A DNA stretch of 64,000 bases, from the NCBI GenBank assembly GCA_044892525.1, contig CM097887.1:72912001-72976000 (forward strand), given 5' to 3'. The translations under genes were made by a program, and so were the position numbers. Under the pieces are notes generated by a model. That model did no database searches and was not told where the DNA came from. It saw nothing but the letters and a program-made list of their open reading frames with translations. The stretch is from Schmidtea polychroa. Lineage: Eukaryota. Shown here in pieces: positions 63,000 through 64,000 of the stretch (positions are counted from its first letter, which is position 1; the number at the start of each line of letters is the position of its first letter).

Positions 63000-63290
63000 T
63001 CTAATATTGATTGTTTATGTTGTACAAAGGTATTGAGGTGTTTGAAAGGTAACGAGCGGCTGATGCTAAATCGGGTGAATAAATATTTTGATTCGTCAAT
63101 TAAGCTAAATGTCCTCATGTGTTTCCGTGAAGCAAGACAAGTATTTATTGATTGTTTATTGTGTAGTTTTCGGTGTATATTTTTTCGACTCTTCACTCTG
63201 CAACTAGAAAGTGATAGATTTATCCATGATCAAAGAAACTGTTGTCAATACAGTTGTTGCAGATCACACCACATTAACCATCAATTTCTT
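63000..63290 (-). mobile_element. Degenerate mariner transposase relic
   Basis: Minus strand ILVLLHGNT*GH (LLHDNARPH-like) and YSPDLAS (YSPDLAP-like). Confidence 0.55.
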
Positions 63291-64000
63291 TTGATGCTTA
63301 TTAGACACTACCCGCTGTTTGAGAAACATAATATACCCCTTTAACGTCAAACAAAAAACTAAAAGTAATTCTTTTTTCAATTCTATTACTGAAAAATTGA
63401 AGTTATATAAATTAAAGGCTTAACTAAATGAATAAATATTACAAATTTATAACCGTCAAAAAAAATGTTTCATTGAAAATAATATAATATTAAAATCCGC
63501 CTTTATTTTTGGAAAGACAAGTAATTTTGTTATTTTTTAACATTTCGTTATCGTATTAAAATATTTTTGTCTATTTAATAAATGTCGTTATTCATTATTG
63601 TACCCCAATGACAAGTTTACAGGCTGTTATCAAAATGACATTAAACTATCAAAGTAAGTTTTCTATCACTCATAAGTATCAATGTGATAAAGAACGAAAT
63701 GATATTATAAATAATAACTTGGCGTATGGAGCAAGTTTTCATCTTCTTTTTACCGGTAGTTAACGTATTATATTTTTATGAATACTGTTGGGAATATTGT
63801 AGTTGGTCAGTGATTATTAAACTACCAATCACTGGTCTGACTCCAAGGGTGTTATTATAAAACGACGATGACAAAACCCAATGACGTAATAATCTATTGA
63901 TTATCACAATTGATTACAACGAATTCAACGACACCAATATTCAACACACCTCAAATGTTTCAAAAACTTATTACAACCATTCGGAAGGAATAGCACAATA

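Overview
Very AT-rich eukaryotic (metazoan) genomic DNA with GT-AG introns, many only 41-60 nt long, and four assembly gaps (N runs at 37124-37285, 47989-48145, 56320-56556, 58530-58689). A flatworm/planarian-like invertebrate is plausible but is inference only. Four host genes were built by hand from splice sites and phases. (1) A two-exon minus-strand gene (13519-13278 + 10166-5447, 1653 aa) with a divergent CBM20-like N-terminus and a very long acidic low-complexity tail. (2) A 7-exon type II pantothenate kinase (+, 18495-40318, 392 aa). (3) A fibrillar collagen (-, at least 12 exons, 53202-44291) with about 340 triplet positions, a 12-aa interruption and a COLFI domain. (4) The last four exons of P5CS/ALDH18A1 (-, 62403-57882). 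Introns and intergenic DNA are full of transposon relics: hAT, Tc1, mariner, pogo/Tigger, MULE, piggyBac, Gypsy, LINE-like fragments and MITEs with clear TIRs/TSDs. The most unusual items are an intronless Rab1-PSMA6 chimeric pseudogene bracketed by hairpins, the Trp-less CBM20-like giant protein, a structurally intact 28S rRNA 3' fragment with a GAAA sarcin-ricin loop inside a collagen intron, and a plant-Stowaway-like MITE. All family assignments come from motif recognition by eye; no database search was run.
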